From the NCBI GenBank assembly GCA_951406725.2, contig OX597842.1, forward strand, positions 17,546,001 through 17,610,000: a stretch of 64,000 nucleotides of DNA. The letters are read 5' to 3'. The notes under the pieces are model-generated. The model saw nothing but the letters and a program-made list of their open reading frames with translations. It searched no databases and was not told the DNA's origin. A program made the translations under genes and the position numbers. Positions 40,373-56,160 of this stretch are shown here, in pieces. The stretch is from Octopus vulgaris. Its lineage: Eukaryota. Position 1 is the first letter of the stretch, and every line of letters begins with the position of its first letter.

Positions 40373-43183
40373 TTGTATTGTATTGTATTGGCATCCTTTC
40401 TGTCTCGGGAGACAATAGAGTTGCGCATGTTTTTTTTTGTTTTTTTTTGTTTTTTTGTTTTGTTTTTTGGTAGTCTAGTCCGGCTTTTATATTTCATGTC
40501 CTGATACATTTCCTGCTGTGGCTGTGTAGTCCTATCCTGGAAAAACACTCCCTCTGGTAGGTACCGCAAATGTAGCGAAGACTGTTCCTGGCTGGTTGTA
40601 GTGCCATAGTCTCTTGTTTACGTCTCTTCCTTTCTTTCCATTTCTCCTCTCTCTCTCTCTCTGTCACTCTTTTGTATTCCCTCTTTTACTGTACGTCGCC
40701 ATTCTCCACAGTTGCCGGCAACTGCCTCCCAACCGCTAATATTGATGTTGCAGGCCTTCATATCCCTTTTGCAAACATCCCTGTAACGTAACATCCCTAC
40801 CCACAGACCTAGTACCCCAAGCAAGCACTCCGTAGAGTATGTCCTTGGGGATTCTGCCATCTTTCATACGGCTAACATGCCCAAGCCATCTCATACGTCT
40901 TTGTGTGAGGAGTGCAAACATGCTTGGTATTCCTGCTTGCCTGAGGACATCTTTGTTGGGGATATGATTCTGCCATTTGATGCGGAGGATTTTTCGGAGG
41001 CAGCGCAGGTGAAAGATGTTTAGGCGACGCTCTTGGCGTGTGTATAGCGTCCAGGTCTCGCTTCCATACAGTAGAATGCTGAGTACACATGCCTGGTAGA
41101 TCTTCATTTTCGTGGTCTTGGTCAGCTTATTGTTGTCCCAAGCCCGTTTGGAGAGTTGGGCCATCGCAGCAGCTGCCTTGCCAATGCGTATATTGAGCTC
41201 AGCGTCAAGGGATAGGTTGTAGGTGACGGTAGAGCCCAGATAGGTAAACTTCTCCACCTCTTGTAATCTGTGGTCTCCAATATGTATGTTTGGGATGTCC
41301 GATGTAGCCTGGCCCATGATGTTGGTCTTCTTAAGGCTGATAGCTAAGCCAAAGTCGTTACATGCTTGCTCAAAACAGTTAATGAGCCTTTGGAGGGCTT
41401 CTTGTGTGTGTGTTACCAGAGCGGCATCATCAGCAAATAACATCTCCTTGATCAGGACTTTTGTGATTTTGGTCTTGGCACGCAGGCGCGAGAGATTGAA
41501 CAGTTTCCCGTCACTTCTACTGTGCAGAAACACTCCATCATCTGATGTCTGAAAGGCATGTGAAAGTAAGAGTGAGAAGAAGATGCCAAACAATGTAGGA
41601 GCGAGGACACAACCTTGCTTTACCCCGTTTTTTATTTGGAAGGCGGCTGATGTTGAACCGTTGTGCTGTATGGTGCCTTGCATGTCATCATGGAAAGACT
41701 TGATGATCCTCAGCAGCTTTGGTGGACATCCGATTTTTGGAGCAGGAGGAAGAGACCTGTTCTGCTTACCGAGTCAAAAGCCTTTGTTAGATCAATGAAG
41801 GCCATATATAATGGCATTTTCTGCTCTCTGGACTTCTCCTGAAGTTGGCGTATGGAGAATATCATATCGATAGTTGATCTGCTTCTTCTAAAGCCACACT
41901 GCGATTCCGGATAGATTCGAGAAGCAAGTAGTTGTAGCCTGGCCAGGATAACGCGGGCAAAGGTCTTTCCAACAGTGCTTAGAAGGGATATACCACGGTA
42001 ATTGTTACAATCACCACGGTCACCTTTGTTTTTGTAAAGCGTAATGATGTTGGACACTTTGGTTGGACACTTTGGTATTGGAAACATGAATGACAATGGT
42101 CAGAGACTACTCGAATTCTGCACATACCACAACCTGTGCACCATAAACACATTCTTTACCAACAAGCCATCCTACAAGGCATCCTGGAGACATCCAAGGT
42201 CTCACCACTGGCATCAGCTGGATCTCATCATTACACGGAGATCCTTTCTGAATTCTACTCTATTGACCCGCAGTTACCACAGCGCGGATTGTGACACAGA
42301 CCACACACTAATTAGAAGCAGGGTGAGGATTCTGCCTATAAAAGTCCATCGCTCCAAGAAAGTGGGCCGACCACGCATCAACACCGCCAGAACCTCGGAC
42401 CCTACACTGCGAAAATGTTTTGCTGCTTCTATCAAGGTTGCCCTCAGTAGCTGCCCAACCTCCTCTGCTGAAAGTAGGTGGGACTATATCAGGGAAGCCT
42501 TGTATACGACATAATTGGATACTTTCGGCATGAGAGAAAGGCAAAACCCAGATTGGTTAAATGCTGGGCTCTCAGAGCTGGAGCCAGTTATCGAAGCAAA
42601 GCGTGCAGCTCTGGTGCAATACAAGAGTGACTCTTCTACAAAGTCACTCGAAGAACTCAGAAAGGCACGAAATAAAACCCGACTGACAGCCAGACGCTGT
42701 GCAAATAGGTATTGGCAGGAAATCTGTCAGAGTATCCAGTCAGCTGCTGACAGGGGCGACACCCGTGGGATGTATGCCGGTTTGAAGAAGGCCCTCGGTC
42801 GATCCGCAACCAAGTCAGCCCGTCTGAAATCAACTACTGGAGATCTCATCAGGGATCAAGGCAAGCAAATGGATAGATGGGTGGAACACTACCAGGATCT
42901 CTACTCACGGGAGACCACAGTGGCTGAGGCTGCAGTCGAGAGTGTCAAGATCTAACCAGTCATGTGCGAACTTGACAGTCCGCCATCTATAGCAGAGCTC
43001 ACCAAGGCTGTTGACTCCCTAGCAAGAAATAAGGCTCCGGGAAAAGACGGCATCCCCTCAGAGATCATCAAAGCCGGCAAAAACACCATCCTGCTTCGGC
43101 ACTTTCATGAGCTTCTGTGTCAGTGCTGGGAAGAGGGTACAGTCCCTCAGGATATGCGGGATGCCAACATCATTACGCTTTAC
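40373..43183. mobile_element. RTE (BovB-like) LINE with 5' inversion
   Basis: Minus segment 42052-40373 carries the RT (NYRGISLL, GVKQGCVLAP, LFADD) and a (CAATA)n tail. Plus segment 42053-43183 carries the upstream endonuclease/linker part. Confidence 0.92.
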
Positions 43184-43799
43184 ACACACACATACATACA
43201 TACATACATACATACAAACACACACACATATATACGTACATACACACATATATACACACACACATACATACATACATATGTAACAAGTCAACTGCGTTTG
43301 TATGCATGGTAATCGAAACGATTTTATTTTAACTTGGCAATATATCGATAGCTATAAATATTTAATTATGCACTAGATAAATTACACTTAATGTCCTCGA
43401 AAAAAACTGTGGTCAATGAGTACAGGAAGAGAATCCATATCTTATTGAAATGAAGCCTTGCTTTGGTTTGTATTTCGATTTAAAGTAAACGTTGCCTGGA
43501 TACCAAACTTGAGAAATTAAAAAATATATTAAAATTTCCAGAAGTTTATCATTTAAATATATATATATATATAAACATGTCTACATATGCAACTATATGC
43601 ATGAGAAGACATACATAAAGTAAAACATACAAATCTACACATATACATAAAAAAATACCCTGATGTTGAAATTCCAATGAAGGAGTCTTGAATCAGGGTT
43701 AGAAACCGGCTCTTTCTCTATTGGAAAGAGATATTGAAATAAAACAGAACAATGACATTCATACATACATACATATATATACATATATATATATATATA

Positions 43800-43833
<34 letters not shown>

Positions 43834-45466
43834 CATACATACATAACTACATACACAGAGACATATACATACATACATATACATACATACATATATATAC
43901 ATACATACATACATGCATACATATATACACATACATATAGATACATACATACATATGCATACATACATACATAACTACATACATACACATATATATATAT
44001 ATGCATATATACATACATACATATACATACATACATATATATACATACATATATACATACATGCACATACATACATATATATATACATACATACATATAT
44101 ACATGCATACATACATACATACACACACGCATACATGCATACATACATATATACATACATACATACATAACTACATATATATATATACATACACACATAT
44201 ATATACATACATACATATATGCATATATATACATACAAATATATATATTTACATACATTCATACATACATTCATACATGCATACATGCATATATATACAT
44301 ACATACATATATATACATACATACATATAGATATAGATACACACATATATATACATACATACATACATATATTTATATACATACAAATATATATATACAT
44401 ACATACAAACATACATAGATACATATATATACATACATCCATACATAATTATATACATACATGCACACAAACATACATACATGCATACAGGCATACATAC
44501 GTACATACATGCACACACACATACATACCTACCTACATACATACAAACATACAAACACACACACACATACATACATACATACATACTTGCATACTTACAT
44601 ACATAATTACTTACATACATACATATATACATACGTACATATATACATACATACATACATACGTACATACATGCATACATACATACACATACATACATAC
44701 ATACCCACACACATACATACATACAAACATACATACATACAGACAGACAGACTTATATACACACATACACATACATACATACATAAATACATACACACAT
44801 ACATAAAAACATACATACATTCATACATACACACTTACATTTATTTATTCATACATACATACATACATACATACATACACATACGTACATACATATACAT
44901 ACATACACACACACATACATACATACACACATATATACACACACATATACATACATACATACATAAGTAACAAGTCGATTGTATGCATGGTAATCGAAAC
45001 GATTTTATTTTAATTTGGCAATATATCGATAGCTATAAATTTTAAATTATGCACTAGATAAATTACACTTAACGCCCTCGAAATAAACTGTAGTCAACGA
45101 TTACAGGATGAGAACCCATATCTTATTGAAATGAAACCATGCTTTGGATTGTATTTTGACTTAAAGTAAACGTTGCCTAGATACCAAACTTGAGAAATTA
45201 AAAAAAATCTGTAAGACTTACCAAAAGTTTGACATTTAAATATATATATATATAAATGTCTACATATGCAACTATATGCATAAGAAGACATACATGAAGT
45301 AAAACATACAAATCTACACTTATACATAAAAAAATACCCTGATGTAGAAATTCCAATGAAGGAGTCATGAATCTAGGTTAGATTTCAAGAGACCTTGAAA
45401 TAAAGCTGAACAATGACATTCATACGTAGATACATACGTACATATATACATACATACATACATACA

Positions 45467-45497
<31 letters not shown>

Positions 45498-45505
45498 CTA
45501 CATAT

Positions 45506-45552
<47 letters not shown>

Positions 45553-46670
45553 CATACAAACATACATATATATACATGCATACAAATATACATATATATA
45601 CATACGTACATACATACATACATACATACATTTATACATACATACATACATACATATATATATATACATAAATACATATATATATATACATACATACAAA
45701 CAAACGTATATATATATATATACATACAAACATACATATATATGTATACATACATACATATAAATACATACATACATACATATAAATATATACATACCTA
45801 GATATATATACATATATATATACATTAATACCTACATATATACATACATGCACACACACATACACACATATTCATACATACATACATACATACATACATA
45901 CATACATACATACATACACATTCATACATACGTACATACATACATGCAAACATACGTACATGAATACGTACATACATACATATATAAATACATACATAAA
46001 TACATATATACAAAGACACGTACATACATCCATACATAGATATATACGTACATAATTACACACACATACATATATACATATATACATACATACATACACA
46101 GACATCCATACATACATATACCTACATTCATACATACATACATATATACATACATACATACATACAAACACATACATTCATACATACATACATACATACA
46201 TACATACACACACATAAATACATACATACAAACATACATACATACACACATACACACATACACATATATATACATACATACATACATAAATACATACATA
46301 CATACATACAAACATACATACACACACACACGAACATACATACATAAATGCATACATACTTACATAAATACATACATACATAGATATATATACATACAAA
46401 CATATATATACATACATACATACATATACATACATACATACATATATATTCATACATACATACATATATACATAAATACAAACATACATACATACATATA
46501 TACAAATATACATACATACATACACACACATACATACACACATACATACATAGATACATACATACATATACATACATTCATGCATACATATATATATACA
46601 TACATACATATACACACATACGTATATATACATTCATACATATATACATATATACATGTATATACATATA

Positions 46671-46706
<36 letters not shown>

Positions 46707-46872
46707 TACATACATACATATATATATAGATACATACATACAGATATATACATGCATACAAACATACATATATATATACATACGTACATACTTTGATACT
46801 TTGATAGGTTTCGGCCATTATTGGCCCAGGCCATGTCTAACTTAATAGCACCACCTGGTGAAGTCTTTCAAG

Positions 46873-49866
46873 TCAGAATTTGGGCACTATGGCCCACTCA
46901 AGTAGAGGGTTATTGTTTACAGAGACATATCCGGGTGTAGGGGGTTTATCCGGGATTTCTTGAAGGAATCTGTCCAAAGACTTCTTGAACCCTATAGGGT
47001 CAGTTTCTGTTTTAATGTGTTTGGGTGTAATGTTAAAGAGAGCGGGGCCAATTGAGGTGAAATAATTGTGCCGTATTGTTGTTATGAGATGAGAGTGCGA
47101 TTTTTGTTTTGGGCGGATGGCACGGGGCCCAAGCCTTGGATGTACCTTAAAGGTGATGCCAACATCATTTGGGCAATGCTGATGGAATATTTTCCACATC
47201 ATGCAGATGATGTAGCGCTCACGACGACGTTGGAGAGAATAGAGTTTTAGCTTTTCTAGTCGACCCCAATAGTCGAGGCCTGTCATGCCATCTATCTTTT
47301 TTGTGATTGCCCTTTGAGGTGCTTCAACTTTTATGATACCTTGTATTGTGTGGGGAGACCACAGTGGACAACAGTATTCAAGGTGGGGTCGGGCAAAAGT
47401 GGAGAAGAGAAGGATAATGGTGTGGATATCTCTCGACTGGAAAGTTCTGAGAATCCAGGAACACATTCTGCGGGCCATGTCAACTTTGGTGTTTATATGA
47501 GTGGCCCAGCTTACGTTGTTGTCCACAATTACTCCCAAGTCTCTGATGTTGTTGGACGCCGCGAGAGTTTCACCTGAAGGAAGGGAGTATGGGAGTTTCA
47601 GGGCATCCTCTTTTCCAAAGTGGATTAGCTCAAATTTATCCTCGTTCAGCAGCATATTGTTTTTTTCTGCCCATTGGATAACAGCCAGTAGATCTGACTG
47701 AAGGCATGTCCGGTCACTCGCCTCATTTATGACCTTCTGTAGCTTGGAGTCATCTGCAAAGATTTTTATGTTGCTGTGCTTGATGATGTCATTAATGTCA
47801 TTAATGTAAATGATGAAAAGAAGTGGGCCCAGCACAGTGCCTTGCGGAACGCCACTACTGACTTTGGCTGGGCTTGATTTTACCCCTTCAACTACAACAT
47901 GTTGAGATCTGTCTGTCAGGAAACACTTAATCCATTTCAGTAACTTTCCAGAGACACCAATGTTGGATAGTTTTTTCAATAGGATCTTGTGATCGACCCT
48001 GTCGAAGGCCTTACTGAAATCAAGGTAGATGACATCGGTGTTGGAGCCCTCTCCCAAAGCTCTCAAAATGTCCTCAAAGTGATGCAGGAGCTGCGTTAGG
48101 CAGTCCCTTCCATTACGGAACCCATGTTGGTTGGAGATCAGCCGTCTGTTGCTTTCCAGAAATTGGGTTATTCGAGATCTCACCACCCTCTCAAATACCT
48201 TGATGATATGAGAGGTGAGTGAGATCGGACGGTAATTCACTGCAAGGGACTTGTTTCCCTTTTTGAAAACTGGGACAACAGACTGGGACAGAAGGTTTTT
48301 TGGAATATAGCCAGCATCCAGTGAGTTTCTCCACAGATTAGCAAGGGGAGATGCAAGTTGGTGTCGACACACCTTCAGGACACAAGCAGGGAACCTATCG
48401 GGGCCTACTGCTGAATTGTGTTTTATTTCGTTTATCGCCGCTAAGACATCAGGGGCACTAAACGTTATGTCCGATATAGTGTGTTGGGGGTTGACATCAC
48501 TGATACAGCCCAGATCGGCCATATCAGGATTGCTTAAAACAGAGCAGTATTGTTTCTGCAGTATCTCGGCCATGGATTTGGCATTATCTTGGAGAGTGCC
48601 AGTTTCGTCAATTAGAGGGCCTACAGTGGAGACAGTGACCCTGCGTTTCCTCGCAAATGAATAGAACACTTTGGGGTTGAGTTTGATTTTTTCAATGGCC
48701 CACTTCTCCTCAGCTGATCTTTGGTTATTGATGAGGGTCTTCATGCATTGTTGGAGGTTATATTTTTTGGATTCAAGCAGTGCGATAGCCGTCGAATGTG
48801 TGTGTTGCTGTTGGCAGTACTTTAGTTTGTTAATTTTTTTGTTTGTTCTTTTTATTTTTCTGATAATGGTTTTGCACATATGTTTTGCACATATGTCTGT
48901 GACGGTGTCTACAAAGATCTGCCAAGATGTTTTATGGTTGGTGGAGATGTGTGTATGTGTAAAGGACCAGTCAACATTTGATAGCTCGTTCCTGATTGCA
49001 TCCCAGTTGGCTTTATGGAGATCCATGTTGTCAAATGGGTGGGCTGGAGGAAGGTCACTAGGATTAGCTTTCGGCTGGTGGAATTTCATGTTACAGAGAA
49101 CCATGTCATGGTCTGAAAGAAGGGTTTTTTCCACTGTAACGTTATGTATAGTGTTAGTGTGGTTACTAAACACTAGGTCCAAAATGTTCTGATGTCTTGT
49201 TGGTGCAAGGACAAGTTGGGACAAGAAAAACTCATTCGTAAAGTCGAAAAGTGACTCTGCTGCTTCTTTGTCAGCGGTTGAGGCGGGAGTGCTTGGTTTC
49301 AAACAGTTTGTGGTCCAGTCAACACAGGGTAGATTGAAGTCTCCCATCATGAGTATGTTGCTAGAATGGCACTGTTGAATAAAGCACTTAATGCTGTTGA
49401 GGCATTCTTTAAAGCACAGTATGGGTGTTTGGGGCGGCCTATAGAGCCCAATTACTGTCAGGTCATTGGCTTTGTTGTGCACGGTGACTGATTCCCAGTA
49501 GCCGTTGGAGAATATACTATTTCCATCTACCGTAAATGAATCATGCAGGAAAATGGCAGTTCCACCCTTCCTCCTGCCGATACGATCCGCGCGGATGGTT
49601 GTGAAATTCTTCACTCTCACTTCGGCTTCCAAGTGGGAGTTGTCAAGGTGGGTCTCAGTGAGAATGAAGAAAGGGATGTGGTGTGAATGGTTACCAACCC
49701 AGTCTTCAATGAATTGGACCTTCCATTTTTGTGCATTGATGGAAGGGCTGACACCTTGTGCATTGAGTAGGAATGTGGAGGTTAGTGTAGTGGCTGGTTT
49801 TGACTGTTGCAGGGGGCTTGGATTTTTTGTGTGTGTTAGTGGCAGCAATGTGGGGAATTGGTGCAC
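46873..49866 (-). CDS. LINE ORF2: AP endonuclease + reverse transcriptase (997 aa, intact)
   Basis: LTETHL, MGDFN, SDHD, NYRPISLTS, DFSKAFD, GVPQGTVLGP, FADD. Confidence 0.95.
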   Translation of the reverse strand: MHQFPTLLPLTHTKNPSPLQQSKPATTLTSTFLLNAQGVSPSINAQKWKVQFIEDWVGNHSHHIPFFILTETHLDNSHLEAEVRVKNFTTIRADRIGRRKGGTAIFLHDSFTVDGNSIFSNGYWESVTVHNKANDLTVIGLYRPPQTPILCFKECLNSIKCFIQQCHSSNILMMGDFNLPCVDWTTNCLKPSTPASTADKEAAESLFDFTNEFFLSQLVLAPTRHQNILDLVFSNHTNTIHNVTVEKTLLSDHDMVLCNMKFHQPKANPSDLPPAHPFDNMDLHKANWDAIRNELSNVDWSFTHTHISTNHKTSWQIFVDTVTDICAKHMCKTIIRKIKRTNKKINKLKYCQQQHTHSTAIALLESKKYNLQQCMKTLINNQRSAEEKWAIEKIKLNPKVFYSFARKRRVTVSTVGPLIDETGTLQDNAKSMAEILQKQYCSVLSNPDMADLGCISDVNPQHTISDITFSAPDVLAAINEIKHNSAVGPDRFPACVLKVCRHQLASPLANLWRNSLDAGYIPKNLLSQSVVPVFKKGNKSLAVNYRPISLTSHIIKVFERVVRSRITQFLESNRRLISNQHGFRNGRDCLTQLLHHFEDILRALGEGSNTDVIYLDFSKAFDRVDHKILLKKLSNIGVSGKLLKWIKCFLTDRSQHVVVEGVKSSPAKVSSGVPQGTVLGPLLFIIYINDINDIIKHSNIKIFADDSKLQKVINEASDRTCLQSDLLAVIQWAEKNNMLLNEDKFELIHFGKEDALKLPYSLPSGETLAASNNIRDLGVIVDNNVSWATHINTKVDMARRMCSWILRTFQSRDIHTIILLFSTFARPHLEYCCPLWSPHTIQGIIKVEAPQRAITKKIDGMTGLDYWGRLEKLKLYSLQRRRERYIICMMWKIFHQHCPNDVGITFKVHPRLGPRAIRPKQKSHSHLITTIRHNYFTSIGPALFNITPKHIKTETDPIGFKKSLDRFLQEIPDKPPTPGYVSVNNNPLLEWAIVPKF

Positions 49867-51065
49867 TGGGGTAATAGCATAGGATGGTGTTGAGTGATGG
49901 CTAGAATGTTTTTGTGTATCTCTTTTGCCATGTTCAACATGGCTAAAAAAGAATTTTCCTGCTTAGGGAGCAGTTTTTGGCTGGAGGTGTGGTTGCACTG
50001 TTGGATAGGGTTGTAGTTTCCACTTTTGTTGTTGTTGTTTTTGTGTCTTCCTGAAAAGACTGGACCAGCATTACTGCAGCATGGTGTGTTTCTATTTTTA
50101 TTGTTATTCAGGTTTGTGTGTTGGCTTGAGGCCCCGTTTCTGTTTGTGCGTCGGGTCCCTGGAAGATGAGTGAAGGGACAGTCACTCAGTAGACATGTTC
50201 TCTCACGTTGGGAATACCGGCAGATTTTGGGACTCCGAGTTGTGTGTGTTTTGAATTTCGATTTACTATTTGGTGGTGTTGATGTTATTGTGGGATGCGT
50301 GCTTTGGCCTTGGCCGGTAGTGCGTCTAGTGCCGGGTAGATGCGTGAAGATGCAGTCACTATTTGTGCAGAGTCTCTGGCGCAGTGAATAGCGGCATATT
50401 TGGGGATTTCTTGTTTGTGCCGTGGGGGGCGCATTCTGCTTCCTATGTTTCTTTAAGTTTTTGTTACTGCAGTAGTATTGAGGTGGTGATGTGGGGGAAG
50501 AGGGCAGTGGTTTCTTATTTGGTTTTCTGTTGGTATTTTTGGTGATAGAAGACGATGGTGGCAGCGGTGGTGATGATGATGATGATAATTGTGGTGGTTG
50601 CTGTGAGAGCGGTGAAAAGATACTGGCATTTAGTGAATCATCTAGTAAGCTAGAGTTGAGGAGTGGCTGTTGTTGTTCTTGTTGCTGTGGCTGTTGTTGT
50701 TGTTGTTGTGCTTGACCGATGTTAGGGTCAGCCATTGTGCTGGGAACCAGGAGTGGCTCATTCTGTTGTTGTTGTTGTTGTGGCTGCTGATTTTCTAGCT
50801 GTTGTTGTTCTTGAACTGTGAAAATATGTAGAAGCTTTTCATAATGGCCTCTTATCAGTTTGAAAGATACTTCGATATGTTTCAGCTTGCTACGAATCTG
50901 TTTGACGGATCGTGTGTTGACCACTTGTGATGTTTTTTCGGCAATCTCATTCAAACACAAGACATTTAGATTTTCTGTTTGGGAAAGAGAGAACCATGTG
51001 TTTATTAAAACATCAATTTCGTTATCAGACCAATTTCGTCTGTTGCAGGCCTGCAAGTTAGTCAT
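49836..51065 (-). CDS. LINE ORF1: Myb/SANT-like N-terminus, polyQ, two CCCH fingers (409 aa)
   Basis: RRNWSDNEIDVLINTW...RSVKQIRSKLKHI; repeated CRYS-x5-C-x4-C-x-FTHLPGTRR. Confidence 0.85.
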   Translation of the reverse strand: MTNLQACNRRNWSDNEIDVLINTWFSLSQTENLNVLCLNEIAEKTSQVVNTRSVKQIRSKLKHIEVSFKLIRGHYEKLLHIFTVQEQQQLENQQPQQQQQQNEPLLVPSTMADPNIGQAQQQQQQPQQQEQQQPLLNSSLLDDSLNASIFSPLSQQPPQLSSSSSPPLPPSSSITKNTNRKPNKKPLPSSPTSPPQYYCSNKNLKKHRKQNAPPTAQTRNPQICRYSLRQRLCTNSDCIFTHLPGTRRTTGQGQSTHPTITSTPPNSKSKFKTHTTRSPKICRYSQRERTCLLSDCPFTHLPGTRRTNRNGASSQHTNLNNNKNRNTPCCSNAGPVFSGRHKNNNNKSGNYNPIQQCNHTSSQKLLPKQENSFLAMLNMAKEIHKNILAITQHHPMLLPQCTNSPHCCH

Positions 51066-52278
51066 GTTTGTTTTTCTTTTGTTTGTTTTCCTTTTGATTT
51101 TTGAAAATATATATATTCTTTCTTGGGAGTTAAAGAAGTGTATATATATATAAATGTTCTCTCTTAAGGGTGTGAGTTTTTGATTATTTGGTTGTTTGAG
51201 GATATTAAAAGAAAAACAGGTGTATATAACAATTTGTAGTTAAATGAAAACGTACTTACGGGTTTGTAGGCAAACACGTGGTTACAAATATATATATATT
51301 TAAGGTCAGTTAGTTTTGAAGCTGTGTAGCTTGCTACTGACTTGGGAGAGAAACAAATAGACGTCCGTCCACTTCAACAGTTAATCCACTATACATATAT
51401 ACATACATACATATATACATACATACATACATATATACATATATATATATATACGTACATACATACCTACGTATATATATATATATATATACATACATAC
51501 ATATATATATATACATACAAACATAAATATATATATACATACAAACATACATATATATAAATACATACGTACATTCATATAAATATATACATACCTAGAT
51601 ATATGTAAATATATATATATACATTCATACCTACATATATACATACATGCACCCACACATACACACACATTCACACATACATACATACATACATACACAC
51701 ACATTCATACATACATGCATACATACATGCATACATACATGCATACATACATACATGAATACATACATACATATATAAATACATGCATACATACATATAT
51801 ACATAGATACGTACATACATACATACAAAGATATACACGTACATAATTACACACACATACATATATACATATATACATACATACATACATACACATACAT
51901 ACATACATATACATACATTCATACATACATACATATATACATACATACATACATACACACATACATACATACATACATACACACACATAAATACATACAT
52001 ACAAACATACATACATACATACACACATACACACATACCCATATAAACATACATACATACAAACATACATACACACAAACACGAACAAACATACATACAT
52101 GCATACATACTTACGTAAATACATACATACATAGATACATATATACATATATATACATACATACATATATATGCATGCATACATACATATATACATACAC
52201 ACATACACACATACATATATATATATATATATACATACATATATATACATAGATACATATATATACATACCTACATAC

Positions 52279-52309
<31 letters not shown>

Positions 52310-52818
52310 CCTACATACATACATACATACATACATATACATACATACATGCATACACACATACATACATATATACATACATACATATATACATACATAC
52401 ATACATATATACATACATACACACACATACATATATACATGCATACAGATACATACATAAATACATACATATATATCCATACAGACATAAATATATATAC
52501 ATACATATATAGATACATACGTACATGTATACATATATATACATACATGCATACATAGATATATATATATATAACATATATACATACATACATAACTACA
52601 TGCAAACATACATATATATACATACCTACATATACATACATACACACAGACATATACATACATACATATATATACATACATACATATATACATATATATA
52701 CATACATACATAGATACATACATACATACACACACACATATATGTACACACATACATACAGACATACATACATGCATACATCCATACGTATACATACATT
52801 CATACGTACATACATATA

Positions 52819-52852
<34 letters not shown>

Positions 52853-53112
52853 CGCACACATACTTACATTCATACATACATACATACATACATACATACA
52901 CACACATACATACATACATGCATACATACATACACACTTACATACACACATACATACAGACACACATATACATACATACATACATACATGCATACATACA
53001 TACATAAATACATACATACATATATACATACATACATATATGCATACATACATGCATACGTACATATATATTTACATACATACATACATTTATATCCATA
53101 CATACATACATA

Positions 53113-53144
<32 letters not shown>

Positions 53145-54140
53145 CATACATATATATATACATACATACATATGTATACATACATACATACTTACATATA
53201 TATACATACATACATACATATATACATACATGCACACACACATACATACATACTTACATACATGCATGCATACATACATGCAAACATACATATATACATC
53301 CATACATACACATAGATACATACATACATATATGCATACATCCATACATTCATACACACTTACACATATACATACATACATACATACACATACATACATA
53401 CACACACATATACATATATACAAACATACATGCATACACACATATATACGCACGTACATACATACATAAATACATACATACATGCATATATACATACATA
53501 CATACTTACATACATACATGCATATATACATTCATACATAAATACATACACACACACACATACATACATACAAACACACACATATATACGTATATACACA
53601 CATATATACTCACACACATACATACATACAAATGTAAAAGTCGACTGTGTTTGTAGGCATGGTAATCGAAACGATTTTATTTTAACTTGGCAATATATCG
53701 ATAGCTTTAAATATTTATTTATGCACTAGATAAATTACACTTAATACCCTCGAAAAAACTGTGGTTAACGATTACAGGAAGAGAATCCATATCTTATTGA
53801 AATGAAGCCTTGCATTGGATTGTATTTTGATTAAAAGTAAAAGTTGCCTAGATACCAAACTTGAGAAATTAAAAAAATATGTTAAACTTTCCAGAAGTTT
53901 ATCATTTAAATATATATATAAACATGTCTACATATGCAACTATATGCATAAGAAGACATGCATAAAGGAAAACATACAAATCTACACATATACATAAAGA
54001 AATACCCTGATGTTGAAATTCCAATGAAGGAGTCTTGAATCTAGGTTAGAAACCGGCGCTTTCTCTAGAGGCAAGAGATCTTGAAATAAAACTGAACAGT
54101 GACATACATACATACATACATACATACATACATACATACA

Positions 54141-54176
<36 letters not shown>

Positions 54177-54228
54177 TATACATATACATACATTCATACG
54201 TACATACATATATACATACATACATACA

Positions 54229-54260
<32 letters not shown>

Positions 54261-55296
54261 CATACAAACATATATATACGTACATACATACATACATACA
54301 TATATATACATACATAGATATAGATACATACATATATATATATACATAAATACATACATACAAACATATATATATGCATACATACATATATATACATACA
54401 TACATATATGTACATACATACATACATACATACATACATAAATACACACACATACATACATACATACATATATATACATACATACATATATATACATACA
54501 TACATACAAACATACATACACACATACATACACACATACACACATACACACAAACATAATTACATACATACATATATACATACATACATGCATATATACA
54601 TACATACGTACATACATACATGCATATATACATACATATATATATATATATATACATACATATACATACATACACATATATATACATACATACATACATA
54701 CCTACATACATATATATATACATACGTACATACATACATATATACATACACACATACATACACACATACATACACACATACACACATTCACACATACATA
54801 CATACATAAATACTACATACATATATATATACATACATGCATATATAAATACATACATACGTACATACATACATACATACATACATACATACATAAATAC
54901 ATGCATAAATGCATACATTCACACATACATACATACATAACTACATACATACATATACATACATACATATATATACATACATACATACACACAGACATAC
55001 ACATACATACATATATATATATACATACATACATAGAAACATACGTATATATGCATACATACATACATATATATACATGCATATATACATATATATATAC
55101 ATATATATCCATACATACATACATGCATAACTACATGCATACATACATATACATACATACTTATATATACATTCATACATACACACAGATATATACTTAC
55201 ATATATATACATACAGACATACATATATACATATATATACATACAAACATATATATACATACATACATACATATATACATACATATATATACATAC

Positions 55297-55330
<34 letters not shown>

Positions 55331-55449
55331 ATACATACATACATACATATATATATATACATACATATATATACATACAGACATACACACACATATAAAC
55401 ATACAAACAAACATACATACATACATACATGCATATATACAAACATAAA

Positions 55450-55483
<34 letters not shown>

Positions 55484-56128
55484 CATACATACATATATAC
55501 ATACATTCATACATACATATATACATACATACATACATACATATATACATACATATATACAGACATACACACACATACATATATACATATACATACATTC
55601 ATTCATACATACATATATACATACATACACACTCACATACATACATACAAACATACATACATACACACATACATACACACATACACTCATACATACATAA
55701 AAACATACATACATACATGCATACATACATACATACATACATACACATACATACATAAATACATACATACATACATACATACACACATACATACATTCAT
55801 ACATACAAACATACATACTTACATACATACATATATACATACATACATAGATACATACATACACACACACGCATACATACGCACAAACATACATATATAC
55901 ATACACACATACATACACACATACACTCATACATACATAAATACATACATACATACATACATACATATTTACATACATACATACATACATACACATACAT
56001 ACATACATACACACACATACACATACATACATACACACAAACATACACACATACATACATAATACATACATACATACATACATGCATATATACATACATA
56101 CCTACGTACATACATGCATATATATATT

Positions 56129-56160
<32 letters not shown>

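Larger units (their letters stand above)
46791..51390 (-). mobile_element. Apparently full-length CR1/L2-group LINE
   Basis: 5' UTR, ORF1 and ORF2, 3' stem-loop GGCCA-ATAA-TGGCC and (TATCAAAG)2 tail, inserted in (TACA)n. Confidence 0.92.
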
